Assembly: GCA_965116795.1 (NCBI GenBank)
Contig: OZ220716.1
Location: forward strand, 1,130,503-1,194,502
Reading direction: 5' to 3'
DNA from: Gammaproteobacteria bacterium
GTDB lineage: Bacteria; Pseudomonadota; Gammaproteobacteria; JAJFKG01
DNA: 64,000 bases
Shown: positions 35,998 through 46,341 of the stretch, piece by piece
Layout: each line of letters begins with the position of its first letter
How positions within the stretch are numbered: position 1 is the stretch's first letter
Program-made: the position numbers and the translations under genes
The notes under the pieces: generated by a model
Database searches by the model: none
Seen by the model: only the letters and a program-made list of their open reading frames with translations
Told to the model about the DNA's origin: nothing

Positions 35998-36375
35998 CTA
36001 CCAAACATTAAGCCGGATGACCAATTTTCTAATTACTGCTTTCCACCTACGCCACGCTGTCACTTTATCACAACCCATTTCACGTGCAATGGCTTTCCAG
36101 TGGATATGGTCAGCACGTCGCCATAGCAGTTTACGTTCATTAACCGTTAACCAGTGCATCCAATCAAAGACTTGCTCAAGTGCTGTGATCATCTCAGGTG
36201 TTGCAGGTAATCGTAACCGCTTAGATTCTTCTTCCATCGATGAACCCATCATCTCTGGCCAAGCCTTAGCATAACCATTAATCCGCACTGGCGGCAATCG
36301 CCGTATTGTGATTACCGCCTGTTCCAATTCGTTGATAACATCCTCTTCTGTCCAATTACGTTGTGTTACTGTCAT
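35998..36375 (-). CDS. DUF6362-like phage HTH regulator
   Basis: LEQAVITIRRLPPVRINGY..AWP...WL...ERKLLWRRA...TAWRRW. Confidence 0.75.
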   Translation of the reverse strand: MTVTQRNWTEEDVINELEQAVITIRRLPPVRINGYAKAWPEMMGSSMEEESKRLRLPATPEMITALEQVFDWMHWLTVNERKLLWRRADHIHWKAIAREMGCDKVTAWRRWKAVIRKLVIRLNVW

Positions 36376-36893
36376 GTTATTTCTCTTGCTTTTTTCAAAT
36401 CAAATTGCGCATGTGCATAATGTAACAAGGCAATGGCATCAGCTTGATTATCATCTTCTGGGTTATGTCCCAATGCATGTACTGCGGCTATAACAGCCGC
36501 TTTGTTTGCATTGCCTTTACCGGTAATGAATTTTTTAATTGTACCAACGGGAACACCTTGATACGCAATGTTTTCTCGTTCACACCAACTGGTTAACGAA
36601 CTTAAGAAACCACCGTACACATGCGCGGCATCGACACCTAAGTGACGCCTGACTTCTTCGAAATACACCGCATCGATATTTCCCATCACCGCATGTATTT
36701 CTTCTAGCCACTGATTAAAGCGCAAATACCGCATGCCGCCCCCTTCAAATCTTTTCGGTTGAAAGGAAAGGGTACCACTCATGATGTGGCCATTGTGATT
36801 GGTAACCGCCCAACCGGTGTGAGTGCCTAAGTCCAAACACAACAACACAGGGTTTTTTTCTGACGCTAATGGTTTAAGTAATTTCATTTTCAT
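36372..36893 (-). CDS. RuvC-like Holliday junction resolvase
   Basis: LCLDLGTHTGWA, VYFEEVRRH, TIKKFITGKGNANK, DDNQADAIA. Confidence 0.85.
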   Translation of the reverse strand: MKMKLLKPLASEKNPVLLCLDLGTHTGWAVTNHNGHIMSGTLSFQPKRFEGGGMRYLRFNQWLEEIHAVMGNIDAVYFEEVRRHLGVDAAHVYGGFLSSLTSWCERENIAYQGVPVGTIKKFITGKGNANKAAVIAAVHALGHNPEDDNQADAIALLHYAHAQFDLKKAREIT

Positions 36894-39085
36894 TGTGCCA
36901 CCTCCTTGGTATTAACATCCCAGGTAAATTGATTGTTAACCGGCAACACATCGCCTGCTTTTTTACATTTGTAATGTGTTGGGAAGACGGGCTGCAGCAC
37001 CATTGTTGCTTCACCGGCATCGGGATTAACATGCGTTTTACCATTAGGCATTTGCATTCCCTCCACACATAAAAACCCAAACTTGCTGTGTAATGGATCT
37101 TTTAGCCCATACAAATGGCCATCTTTAAAGAACTTGACCTTCCGATTTGTCGCCAATATATTCAAATGATTGCGCACGGTATCAATACCGCCTAAGCCTG
37201 ATTTATTTGCAAATGCCTGACAAAATTGATTCATGGTATACGCATTTCCTAACTTTGCTTCTTCACGAATGAACTGCAAAATTACGTTTTGCTTGCGTTT
37301 GGATTCAGCCGCGAGTTTGCATGCATACTTATCTTTAACCAAGCGTTTGCTGTCATTATCTATTTGATGCCACTGTCCATTATTTCTATCAATGTATTTG
37401 GGTTTTATTTCTTTGCCATTACGCAATTCAAATAGGAGTTTTCTGGGTGACAATTGCTCGTCTTCTTTAAACAACACTGCACCGGTAGTGTAATAGCCAC
37501 GCAAACTACTGGCACCGGATAAGGCTTGAAACGGATCTTCAGTTAACTCTCTTTTTCGGAGTTTGCGTGTGTGATGCGCTAGAATAAGACCCGCATCAGG
37601 ATTCACCGTATTGCGCAGTGCCTCTAGTCGTTTAGATAAGAAAAACAACATGGACGCATTATCATTTTCACTTGCATCATCATGACCCCCATCAAATACA
37701 TTACGCAACGGGTCAACGGCGATGATATCCGCTGGTTCATCGGGAAAGTGTGTTTGTATGCTGTGACTAACCATGTCAACGCCTTCTTTGTCCAGCAATT
37801 GATTTGATTGTGAGGTTATGTTTAAGTTTTTATGAACCAATGGCAATAACGAGCTGTCTATCTGCAGCTGTTGTAAGCGTTCGCGTAAGTAGTGATAGCC
37901 GACCTCTGTTTGCAGATAGAAAATCCGAAGCGGTCTCTTTGGTGTTAACCCAAGAAACGGTATGCCTGCTGCCATGTGGACTAACAAAGTTAACAGCACA
38001 CTGCTCTTACCCACTTTCGGCGCACCGCCCAATACCATTAATCCACTGGGTGTTAAGACCCGTGGTGCAATCAAATCAACGGGCATCGGTGAGGTATCAC
38101 TGAGTAATTCAGCGGCACTGTAGGTGGGTATGAGTGGTTTAATTGTGCAAAGTTGTTTTGGTGTTTGAGCAATGAATTTTTCAACATCACCCCCTTCATT
38201 CATCGCATCGGCTGCATCCCATTTTTCAGGTTTATCATTGGGTATTGTCAGAATACGGAGTGATAGCAGTAACGTTTCCTTAGCCAAATGCTCACTGACG
38301 ACTTTGGCGTAGTCTTTTCCCGTTTTATCGTTATCTGGCCAGATGACGACATGCTTACAGGCCAATGGAGACCAGTCGGTCTTAGTGACAGGCGCTTTAG
38401 CACCCAACATGGCTGTTGTTGCTGCAATCCCCTGTTCAATTAAACTATCAGCGGCTTTTTCTCCTTCAACCAGTATGACGTGGTCTGCGTTTTTAATGCC
38501 GGGTTGATTGTAGAGTGGGCGAGGATTGGGTGCGCAATGTTTACGGTTGACCACATCCCATGGGCGGTATTGCTTGCCGTCTTTGGTTTCATAGCGATAC
38601 AGACAAGCAATTAATTGTCCTTGGTTATTATGGTAATCCCACTTATTGGTTGGCGTACCGAGTTCATCATAATGACATCGGTTTAATGTTGTGTGAGTGG
38701 TGTTACTGGCTGACAAGCCTAACCAATCACTTGCAGAGCGCAGCACGTGGGTAAATTGATTTTTTATCTTTAAACCATGGCGTGCTGCCCACAAACTGAG
38801 AATATCACCCCCTTCACCGGTGGCAAAGTCGTGCCACAGTCCGGCTTTATCCCCAGTTAACGCTATCTTTAAACTTTCACCCGGATTATCATTGAGATCG
38901 CCAATAACATAAGTATTATTGTGCTTTTGTCCATGGGGCAGTAAATAGGTTAATACATTTTCCAGTTGTGATAGCAATGCTTGGCGCACGGTATTAGCAG
39001 ATAATGCCTCATCATCTACTGATTGAGAAGGCGCGTTATTAAAATCTAAGTAGGTAATTGACATGATGGTTTCTCCTATTTCCAA
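36890..39085 (-). CDS. Phage primase-helicase (TOPRIM + RepA-like AAA)
   Basis: GLWHDFATGEGGD, LVEGEKAAD, IWPDND, GAPKVGKS, HHTRK. Confidence 0.9.
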   Translation of the reverse strand: MEIGETIMSITYLDFNNAPSQSVDDEALSANTVRQALLSQLENVLTYLLPHGQKHNNTYVIGDLNDNPGESLKIALTGDKAGLWHDFATGEGGDILSLWAARHGLKIKNQFTHVLRSASDWLGLSASNTTHTTLNRCHYDELGTPTNKWDYHNNQGQLIACLYRYETKDGKQYRPWDVVNRKHCAPNPRPLYNQPGIKNADHVILVEGEKAADSLIEQGIAATTAMLGAKAPVTKTDWSPLACKHVVIWPDNDKTGKDYAKVVSEHLAKETLLLSLRILTIPNDKPEKWDAADAMNEGGDVEKFIAQTPKQLCTIKPLIPTYSAAELLSDTSPMPVDLIAPRVLTPSGLMVLGGAPKVGKSSVLLTLLVHMAAGIPFLGLTPKRPLRIFYLQTEVGYHYLRERLQQLQIDSSLLPLVHKNLNITSQSNQLLDKEGVDMVSHSIQTHFPDEPADIIAVDPLRNVFDGGHDDASENDNASMLFFLSKRLEALRNTVNPDAGLILAHHTRKLRKRELTEDPFQALSGASSLRGYYTTGAVLFKEDEQLSPRKLLFELRNGKEIKPKYIDRNNGQWHQIDNDSKRLVKDKYACKLAAESKRKQNVILQFIREEAKLGNAYTMNQFCQAFANKSGLGGIDTVRNHLNILATNRKVKFFKDGHLYGLKDPLHSKFGFLCVEGMQMPNGKTHVNPDAGEATMVLQPVFPTHYKCKKAGDVLPVNNQFTWDVNTKEVAQ

Positions 39086-39663
39086 GTGGGTGTGTTGATG
39101 TGAGTGTTAACTGATAACGGTGTGTTTTGATGGACACCCAAATCGGCCGATGATGTTGCTGACCCCTTGTAAATGGCATATTGTTTATTTTCAGGGGTAA
39201 TCGCGACTTTAATCACGTTTTTAAGACACCCTTGATTATCTTTTTCTGTATCAATGCGCGCGACAAACTCAATTTCATTTAATTCACCAAAGTCAGTGAT
39301 CTGACGCGCTTGTTGGGCGGCTGATGAGTTATCATTATTGGCAATGCCACGCGCTGAGCTTAAAATGGCTTTAATAAAGCTACGACCACTGTTACCCCAG
39401 TAATCGCTTTTAGCACTGTGTAACCCAATCAAGCTCCATACTTTGCGTTTAGCATAAAGACCAGCCAAGACAACAAACTCACAATTCAAATAAATCGAGC
39501 CGGTGTTTTTGCTACACGTTGCCCAACCACCGCTGAGTCCTTGCGAGGCATCCTCGTAACCACCTGGTTTAATCGTCATACACACTTTGGCAATCGTGCC
39601 TTTTGGGATGAGATCCAAAGTGGTTTGCTCGTCTGCATTATTAAAGTCGTTCCATTTACTCAT
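39076..39663 (-). CDS. Phage ssDNA-binding-like protein (DUF669-like)
   Basis: WNDFNNA...LIPKGT...YLNCEFVVLAG.YAKRKVW; between ATPase and primase. Confidence 0.65.
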   Translation of the reverse strand: MSKWNDFNNADEQTTLDLIPKGTIAKVCMTIKPGGYEDASQGLSGGWATCSKNTGSIYLNCEFVVLAGLYAKRKVWSLIGLHSAKSDYWGNSGRSFIKAILSSARGIANNDNSSAAQQARQITDFGELNEIEFVARIDTEKDNQGCLKNVIKVAITPENKQYAIYKGSATSSADLGVHQNTPLSVNTHINTPTWK

Positions 39664-40556
39664 GATGTTTCTCCTTCAGGTTGTTGAGATGGGTTTGTAT
39701 GATTAGGGATAACGTGTGTTAACCGTTCATTAGGCGGTTTAGCTTTGCCAGCAATTTTCTGCATGAGCTTGCCAAGATGCGGTTCTTCAATAACGTCTAA
39801 TCTGCCAGAGCGATCTTTAGCGGGATAGCCACTTTCATTTAATGTTTGACAGACAAACGCACGATAGGATTGATTATCATTATTGATGATTTCGGCCATG
39901 GTGATCACTTCATCCACAATGCCCGGCAACTCTAAACTGGTTTTGCTGCCCTCGATTTGGGGTTGATAAAAACGGTGATTAAAGTCATCTGTTTTTTCAT
40001 CGAGAATACCGACGAACCAAATATGTTTATTGCGCGTGTGTTGCAAATGTGTCAGCCAAGCCAGCATCTCTTGACCGTGTAATCCATAGGCGGCACGCAT
40101 ATCCGTTTTGCCGGTACGTTCACTGAAGGCTTGGGGTTGGCCTTTGCACCAGTTAAAACACAAACGACCTGCCACGGTAATAGAGTCGATGAAGATGGTG
40201 TCGTACTTATCAAGTTTGCTCGGTTCTCCCAATTGCTGACACACAGCCTGATAATGTGCTTGACTGTAACACTGCTCATCGCGCAGTGCCGGATCGCCAC
40301 CCCCAATAAAACAGGCAATATCACGACACGTTTGCCAGGTACGGGGGCGAATGGTATCGCCTTGCCAGCCTTCAATGGCTAAATCCCCGGCTTCTAAATC
40401 AAAGAACAGTGTCTTCTCTGCAGGCAATGTCCAGAGTAATGATGTTTTACCAATGCCACTTTTGCCAAAGATGCAGCCTTTAATGCCTTTGGTTTCATTG
40501 ACGCGTTGATTTATGGATAAAATGGCAAGGCCATCGGTTGTGTGTGTTGTGCTCAT
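39660..40556 (-). CDS. AAA ATPase (Sak4-like)
   Basis: GKSGIGKT, FFDLEAG, FIDSIT, AKDRSGRL. Confidence 0.85.
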   Translation of the reverse strand: MSTTHTTDGLAILSINQRVNETKGIKGCIFGKSGIGKTSLLWTLPAEKTLFFDLEAGDLAIEGWQGDTIRPRTWQTCRDIACFIGGGDPALRDEQCYSQAHYQAVCQQLGEPSKLDKYDTIFIDSITVAGRLCFNWCKGQPQAFSERTGKTDMRAAYGLHGQEMLAWLTHLQHTRNKHIWFVGILDEKTDDFNHRFYQPQIEGSKTSLELPGIVDEVITMAEIINNDNQSYRAFVCQTLNESGYPAKDRSGRLDVIEEPHLGKLMQKIAGKAKPPNERLTHVIPNHTNPSQQPEGETS

Positions 40557-40717
40557 CGGGCTTTCTCCTGTTTCTCAATTTCTCTTTTCAATACCAACAG
40601 ACTGTCGATGCAGGTAAATAACGTGCGTGCCTGCTGCTTGCGTTGGATAAGTTCCTCATCGGGTAAGGTGATAAGGTCGTTTAACGGTTTGTAAAACAGA
40701 TAATCTAGGTACAACAT
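40553..40717 (-). CDS. Small hypothetical protein (54 aa)
   Basis: AGGAG RBS; MLYLDYLFYKP...EKAR*; ATGA overlap with the ATPase gene. Confidence 0.55.
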   Translation of the reverse strand: MLYLDYLFYKPLNDLITLPDEELIQRKQQARTLFTCIDSLLVLKREIEKQEKAR

Positions 40718-40792
40718 GGTTTTTTCTCCTATTCAGTTAATGGTTACGTTAATGGCTACCGCTCTTGCCACAGACGTGACGAAAATAAGAAG

Positions 40793-40835
40793 CCCTCACT
40801 ACTGTTAACTACGCCATTGCTCCCAATTTTTGAGT
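40793..40835 (-). promoter_or_regulatory. Conserved putative phage promoter motif, copy 1
   Basis: 29/43 ungapped identity with 44313-44355; minus strand ACTCA-N15-GGCRTAGTTAA. Confidence 0.6.
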
Positions 40836-40856
40836 ATCGTCGTTGCAATAGTTCAA

Positions 40857-41459
40857 TCATTTTTCATAATGCCAATAGATGTGCAGTCCATGTTCTATTA
40901 ATGCACTACGCAAGCGTTTAAGTTGTTGCCTGACGGTGAAGTAAGGGGTGTTGGTCAGTCGTGCGATGTCGATGAGGGTTGAAGAGCACAGCCTGAGCAG
41001 CAAAGTCGCCAGGTCATCGGGTAATCTGTCTTTGATACGGCTTAGATCACAGGCTAAATCACATGCCGAATTCTCTTGGATAAGGTGTGCTGGCCAGGGT
41101 GAATAAGCGTCTTGTTCATCAACCGCTAACAGGGTTTCAAGTGAGTCGTGTGGAATACCTGCCCCATGTTTTTGTCTGCCGGCATCACGAATAAGCTGTT
41201 TGTGGACACAGTTGAGTACCAGATCCACAAACGTTGACCACTTGGCTTGATCGGGATCGTAAGTGTGCTGACGCAGGAAGAAATGCAACAGCAAGGTTTG
41301 TTTTAGATCCACCAGGGGAGTGGGTTGTAACAGTGGATGGTGTTTCAAGGTCTTGGCATGGTAGTCGACTTGGCTGATCAAATACGGATCTAATCCGTTG
41401 TAGTGGTGGTAAGGCATGACGGTTCTCCTAATGCTGGCCGCCACACACGGGCGGTACAT
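40857..41459 (-). CDS. Sigma-70/ECF-like phage regulator
   Basis: DLKQTLLL...YDPDQAKWSTFV region-2-like; C-terminal HTH (RLPDDL...DIARLT...TVRQQLKRLR). Confidence 0.6.
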   Translation of the reverse strand: MYRPCVAASIRRTVMPYHHYNGLDPYLISQVDYHAKTLKHHPLLQPTPLVDLKQTLLLHFFLRQHTYDPDQAKWSTFVDLVLNCVHKQLIRDAGRQKHGAGIPHDSLETLLAVDEQDAYSPWPAHLIQENSACDLACDLSRIKDRLPDDLATLLLRLCSSTLIDIARLTNTPYFTVRQQLKRLRSALIEHGLHIYWHYEK

Positions 41460-41650
41460 TAGGACGGGGTCAGATCTGACGGATTTGAGGTAATGCAGTC
41501 AGATATAGGGCAAGCGATTGGGCTAACTCCTTCATTGTGAAGCGGCTTTTAAATGAATTTTTTTTGAAAAAATGCCAATCGAACGCCGTCAGATCTGACG
41601 CAAACAGTTTATAAATGAACCTTTAGGTAATAAATTTATCAGAGGATAAG

Positions 41651-41794
41651 GTGGATCCATTGGGTGCTGATCGAGTGGAGCCGTTAGCTGATGATCCGGT
41701 GGATCCTTTAGGTGCTGATCGGGTGGATCCATTAGCTGATGATCCGGTGGATCCTTTAGGTGCTGATCGAGTGGATCCACTCACTAATGATCAT
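41651..41794. repeat. Six tandem 24-bp units (alternating A/B, 48-bp period), GATC-rich
   Basis: Units start at 41651, 41675, 41699, 41723, 41747, 41771; GTGGATCCWTTAGGTGCTGATCGR / GTGGATCCATTAGCTGATGATCCG. Confidence 0.95.
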
Positions 41795-41834
41795 CCGGTG
41801 CATGTAGTTGGAATGCTAACTGGCAATGACGATA

Positions 41835-42245
41835 TTAGCCTGTAAACCCAAAGTGGGTGAGTTGCTCCTCCCATAATGATGGGAAGGGCAGCAGTAGGGT
41901 TTGTAGGCTCAACTCAGGGGGTTGTGTGCCGTCTAATATCGCCCTTTTGATTTGCGGTGATAATAGATTTAACCGCAGTATGCGCGAGACGTAGGAGGGA
42001 TTGACCCGTTTACCTTTGGCCAATGTATCAATAGACGTAAATTGCTCGCTATCTAAGGCGTGCTGCCAGAGGTAGGCTTTGGTGAGGGCTTTAATCAGGG
42101 GGATATTGGGTTTAGCGGCGGTCGCGGTGGGTTGATGTTCGCCTTCTGGCAACATCAGCAGGGTTTGTCCACGGTAGCGTTTAAGGGTGATGGGAATTCT
42201 AATAGAAATAAAGTCATCAAAAGCGATTACGGTTGTGGTTGACAT
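41835..42245 (-). CDS. Recombinase-associated hypothetical protein
   Basis: LIKALTKAYLWQ...SYVSRILRLNLLSPQI..AILDGTQP...WEEQ; usual third gene after DUF2924-recombinase. Confidence 0.75.
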   Translation of the reverse strand: MSTTTVIAFDDFISIRIPITLKRYRGQTLLMLPEGEHQPTATAAKPNIPLIKALTKAYLWQHALDSEQFTSIDTLAKGKRVNPSYVSRILRLNLLSPQIKRAILDGTQPPELSLQTLLLPFPSLWEEQLTHFGFTG

Positions 42246-43597
42246 GTTTTCTCCGTTGAGTGGGTGTTAACGTGTAGTAGATCCAGCAAACCGGTAATGC
42301 CATTGATGTTGACTTGGATGTCGACGTAGTCTGAATGCAGCACGATACGGTTAATTAACAGTGATAATAAGCGTTGTTGTTCAGTGGGAAATAACTCTTG
42401 CCAAATGGGGGCGATGTTTTGTAAGGCGTTGCGTACTTGGGATGGTGTTATCGACTTATCGAATGTCTTTGCAGCCTTGAGGGTATCTAAGAGAATATCC
42501 GGTGAGGTGATGACACGCTGAACTTGGTGCAGTACATGGGTTTCAATTTCATTGGCGGCGATTTGTTTTATCGGGCAATCAGGGCAGCGTCCTTTCTTGT
42601 AACCGGTGGCGATGTAGTAACGGTAAAGTTTGCGGTGTTGTTTGCTGGTGTGGGTGGGCGTCATCGCACGTTGACAGCCGCCGCAGTGAATGATCCCAGT
42701 TAGCACGGCACGTGCACGCCGCTTGCCTTCTGTGTCGCCACGTTTTGCGCCTTCACGCAAGATGGCTTGTGTTTTGTCCCAGATCTCTTGTGAAATAATC
42801 GCTTCGTGTCGGCCTTGGTATAGAGTGTCTTTATGTTTAATTTTGCCGATATAAAGGGGGTTTTTGAGGAGCTTGTAAATACTACCGATATCCAGAGGCA
42901 CTCCACCTATCGTACGACCGGCTTTGGTAGTGCGTTGTTTACTGCAAACACCCATTGCCGATAATTGCTTGACCATCATTGTCGGTGATTTGGTTTTGAG
43001 AAATAAATCAAAGACAGCGCGAATGGTACGAGCCTCACTGTCAACACTGTGTAAGTGTCGGTCTTTCACATCATAACCTAAAGGCAAGACGCCCCCCATC
43101 CACATGCCCTTGCGTTTAGAGGCGGCGAACTTATCACGCACACGCTCGCCAATCACTTCCCGTTCAAATTGGGCGAAGGATAATAAAATGTTTAAGGTTA
43201 AGCGTCCCATCGAGGTGGTGGTATTGAAATGTTGAGTGATTGAGACAAAGGAGACGTGCTGTGCTTCAAACAACTCAACCAACTTGGCAAAATCGGCTAG
43301 CGATCGTGATAATCGGTCGACCTTATAGACAACAATCGTATCAATGTTACCTTGACGAATGTCATCCAGCAGCCGTGTCAATGCGGGTCTACTTAAGTTG
43401 CCACCACTAAAACCGCCATCATTATATTGTTCTGGCAATAGCTCCCAACCTTCTTGTTTTTGCGACAAGATGTACGCTTCGCACGACTCACGTTGTGCAT
43501 CTAAGCTATTAAACTCCATCTCCAACCCTTCCTCCGTTGATTTACGGGTGTAGATGGCGCAACGTTTTTTGATAAGGGTACTTTTATTCGTTTTCAT
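42227..43597 (-). CDS. Large serine recombinase
   Basis: CAIYTRKS, YNDGGFSGG..RPAL, VYKVDRLSRS, zinc ribbon CGGC...C. Confidence 0.95.
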   Translation of the reverse strand: MKTNKSTLIKKRCAIYTRKSTEEGLEMEFNSLDAQRESCEAYILSQKQEGWELLPEQYNDGGFSGGNLSRPALTRLLDDIRQGNIDTIVVYKVDRLSRSLADFAKLVELFEAQHVSFVSITQHFNTTTSMGRLTLNILLSFAQFEREVIGERVRDKFAASKRKGMWMGGVLPLGYDVKDRHLHSVDSEARTIRAVFDLFLKTKSPTMMVKQLSAMGVCSKQRTTKAGRTIGGVPLDIGSIYKLLKNPLYIGKIKHKDTLYQGRHEAIISQEIWDKTQAILREGAKRGDTEGKRRARAVLTGIIHCGGCQRAMTPTHTSKQHRKLYRYYIATGYKKGRCPDCPIKQIAANEIETHVLHQVQRVITSPDILLDTLKAAKTFDKSITPSQVRNALQNIAPIWQELFPTEQQRLLSLLINRIVLHSDYVDIQVNINGITGLLDLLHVNTHSTEKTCQPQP

Positions 43598-44061
43598 CCA
43601 CGCATTCCTTTTGCTCTATTTAATCCAAAAAAGGCGACGCCTGACCAATGGTTGCCGGTAATGCGTTTGGTAATCTTGGATAAGCTTTTGTAAACACAGC
43701 CGTCATATTCATAGCCTTTATCTAAGACGGTGACGCAATATTCATGACCTTTGTATTGGCGCACCAATCGTGAGCCTGGCATCGGGCGAATGTAACGCGG
43801 TCGTTTGGGGGGTGCGCCGTTGCGCGTAAAAAACTGTTTGGCGTATTCTTCCAAGCGTTGATTGAGTGTGTCATCTTCACCATAGGCTAAGGCTTGCAGG
43901 CGGTAACTGAGTTTTTTAATCAGTGCGGGTTTTTGAGCCGCACGTGGTGGCTTGGTGTCACACAGCGTTTGCCAGAGGGCTTTTAACTCGTTTAATGACA
44001 ACACTTGTAAGCCAGCTATTTGACGGAGTAGTTTGGGGTTAGCTTTGCTTTGGGTAGGCAT
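43594..44061 (-). CDS. DUF2924 protein
   Basis: LSYRLQALAYG, PGSRLVRQYKG, YKSLSKI...ITGNHWSG..FFGL. Confidence 0.85.
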   Translation of the reverse strand: MPTQSKANPKLLRQIAGLQVLSLNELKALWQTLCDTKPPRAAQKPALIKKLSYRLQALAYGEDDTLNQRLEEYAKQFFTRNGAPPKRPRYIRPMPGSRLVRQYKGHEYCVTVLDKGYEYDGCVYKSLSKITKRITGNHWSGVAFFGLNRAKGMRG

Positions 44062-44079
44062 GTTATTTCCTCCTATAAG

Positions 44080-44259
44080 TCATGCGGTTGTGTCAGTCGT
44101 ATCAGTCCATAGTGTCGTGTCGAAGTCCAGCGGGTGAGTCGGATCAGGCGACTTAGTGCGCTGTTCACGGCGTTTTTTCGCACGCACAATGCCCAACGCC
44201 AATAACGTGGCTATCTCACGGCGACGAGATTGGGTTGTGTTAATCATTTCAGTTGACAT
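44080..44259 (-). CDS. Small hypothetical protein (59 aa)
   Basis: AGGAG RBS; RRREIATLLALGIVRA motif typical upstream of DUF2924. Confidence 0.6.
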   Translation of the reverse strand: MSTEMINTTQSRRREIATLLALGIVRAKKRREQRTKSPDPTHPLDFDTTLWTDTTDTTA

Positions 44260-44312
44260 GGGGCGCTCCTATTTCAATAACACGGGTGATGAGAGCGCGT
44301 GATAAAACGCGC

Positions 44313-44355
44313 CCCTCATGACTATTAACTATGCCGTTTGAACGAAAAAATGAGT
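44313..44355 (-). promoter_or_regulatory. Conserved putative phage promoter motif, copy 2
   Basis: Ungapped match to 40793-40835, upstream of the recombinase operon. Confidence 0.6.
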
Positions 44356-44551
44356 GTGTGCGCATTTACTGACATGATGATTGGCGTTTACGCCTTTGCG
44401 ATTTTTCAAAGTGTGCTCTACAGTGGCTCGTCTACAACGAACAAAATAGCTACACGCTAGCAACACACAACAACGTATCATTCAAAACAATCGGGGTTAT
44501 ACAGGATGGCAATTTGGCATTAACCCGTGTCATTGGCTGTTGTGACACTCA

Positions 44552-46043
44552 ATGACATTTCTCATGTGTTTGCCCAGGAGAACGCCATTGAAAATTCACC
44601 TTGCTGCCTCTGAGTTATCATCTAATCAAGCTAACCACTTATCACTGGATGCATTACGTAACGTGACCCATCCGGCTCATGGGTTTGCAATAACAGAAAG
44701 TATCGATGATGTGATCTTGATTAAGTTGCAATACAATTGTGGGGGTCAGCTTGAAACGTATCAATACGGTAACGTGTTGGTAACATTGATTAAGAAAAAT
44801 CAGCAACGCTGTATGCGGTATGCAGATATTGTGCAAGGAACATTTGTGATATACTGCACCGGGTATTCAACGCCGATAACCGTGGCTATTTACCCTGAAG
44901 CCGGAGAGATTATCATAGACGATAATCAACCGAATACGCTGCCTAATCAAGCTGACGTGATTGACGAGTTAAAGAAAGTCGTGTTGTCGTGGGCGCATCA
45001 AGCAGGCTTTGTTATTACGCTTCCAGCGACTTCATTGCATGATGAAGGGAACGAAAAAAAAATCAGATATCTATTTTTATTATTGGGAAGCCTTAGCCAG
45101 TCTGCCACGTTATCAACACAGCTATAGCTTTTTAATGCAGCATTTCAATCAGAACGTTGCCATTATTCAGTATTGGTTTGAGTCAACACGCTGGTTTGAT
45201 AACTATCATGCTAAAGGCACAGAAGCAACGCGTTTGTATAATGTGAGCTTGTTAAAGTTAGCCAACTTCATTCTCGCAACACTGAATACTATGCCATTGT
45301 TTCGGCGTGCTATTCAACTTGTTAAGTCGGCGCCTCATTGTGTGCGCTTAGGTTTTTATAGTGCGAATCGTCGTGCGCCTCACAGTGTTTTATTAGGCTT
45401 GGCGATTGATGAAGGTGAATTAGAGAAAATGATTAACCATGTGCTGACTCAAGCGACACCCAGTGTGTTGTTATTGCCCTCTATCGATGATGTTTCCTCG
45501 GATAACTTGCAAGCATTGCGCATGAAAGACAGTCATGTTATGGCATTACAACAATGGCAAACAGAAAAGGCGTTAATTGATGATAAGCACGTCATCCATA
45601 CGTTTAATCATTTTATTAAAACATCGGCTAACACTCAGCATGTGGTTAATACCAAAGACCCTTATCATTTCTCCATCCCCGCTGGGGCTAATTGGGAAGA
45701 TATCACGTTCCAGTTTAAGGATGGGCACACAGTGGAAATTACCTGTCATCATCAAGGAGAAACTGTCAATGATTCATTTCATTATTCCCAGATGAGGATG
45801 ATTGATAATCGTAATCACATGCCAAATCAATTGTGGGTGACACTCAAACTGTTGGCAGAAAATGGGGGGCGGTTGATTTGGCCCAGTCACTTTGCAACCA
45901 GTCAACAAAGAATGTTGATACATCAACTTGTAAAAGCATTACAAGCGCATTGTAACTTGTACACACCACCCTTTGCGAGCATCAAAAATGATAGAGGCTG
46001 TGCGGGACATCAAGCATTGTTCACTGTGTTGCCTGAATCCTAA
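44552..46043 (+). pseudogene. Hypothetical (putative regulator) gene in two overlapping frames, probably split at an A9 tract
   Basis: ORFs 44552..45127 and 45009..46043 overlap; A9 at 45054-45062, A8 would fuse them. Confidence 0.55.
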
Positions 46044-46062
46044 AAAAATAAACGGCGACACC

Positions 46063-46341
46063 CTATCTGTTATCCATTGGATCAGGTGGTACGTCTTGGG
46101 GGCGCAGGTTGTCACACAAATCGCAACTCTCTGCCAGCGTATCTGCAAAGCCACATAACACATCAAACAGTTCCTTTGAACTGGGATTGATAGCTTTCAC
46201 TGTGATGTTGGCAATACTCTTCATTTGGTGAAGCTTGACGCATAGCGCCTCATACGAGCTGCGATAATTATCTTCATTGCTCTTTTCCGGGTTAGTACGT
46301 TGCGATAGTATTGGCTTAGTCATGACGTTGAACCTCCACAT
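46063..46341 (-). CDS. Hypothetical protein
   Basis: 92 aa ORF; GGAGG upstream of internal ATG (MTKPIL). Confidence 0.45.
   Translation of the reverse strand: MWRFNVMTKPILSQRTNPEKSNEDNYRSSYEALCVKLHQMKSIANITVKAINPSSKELFDVLCGFADTLAESCDLCDNLRPQDVPPDPMDNR

Noticed and set aside
41651-41794. CRISPR array
   Set aside because: Units are contiguous with no unique spacers, and there are no cas genes in the window
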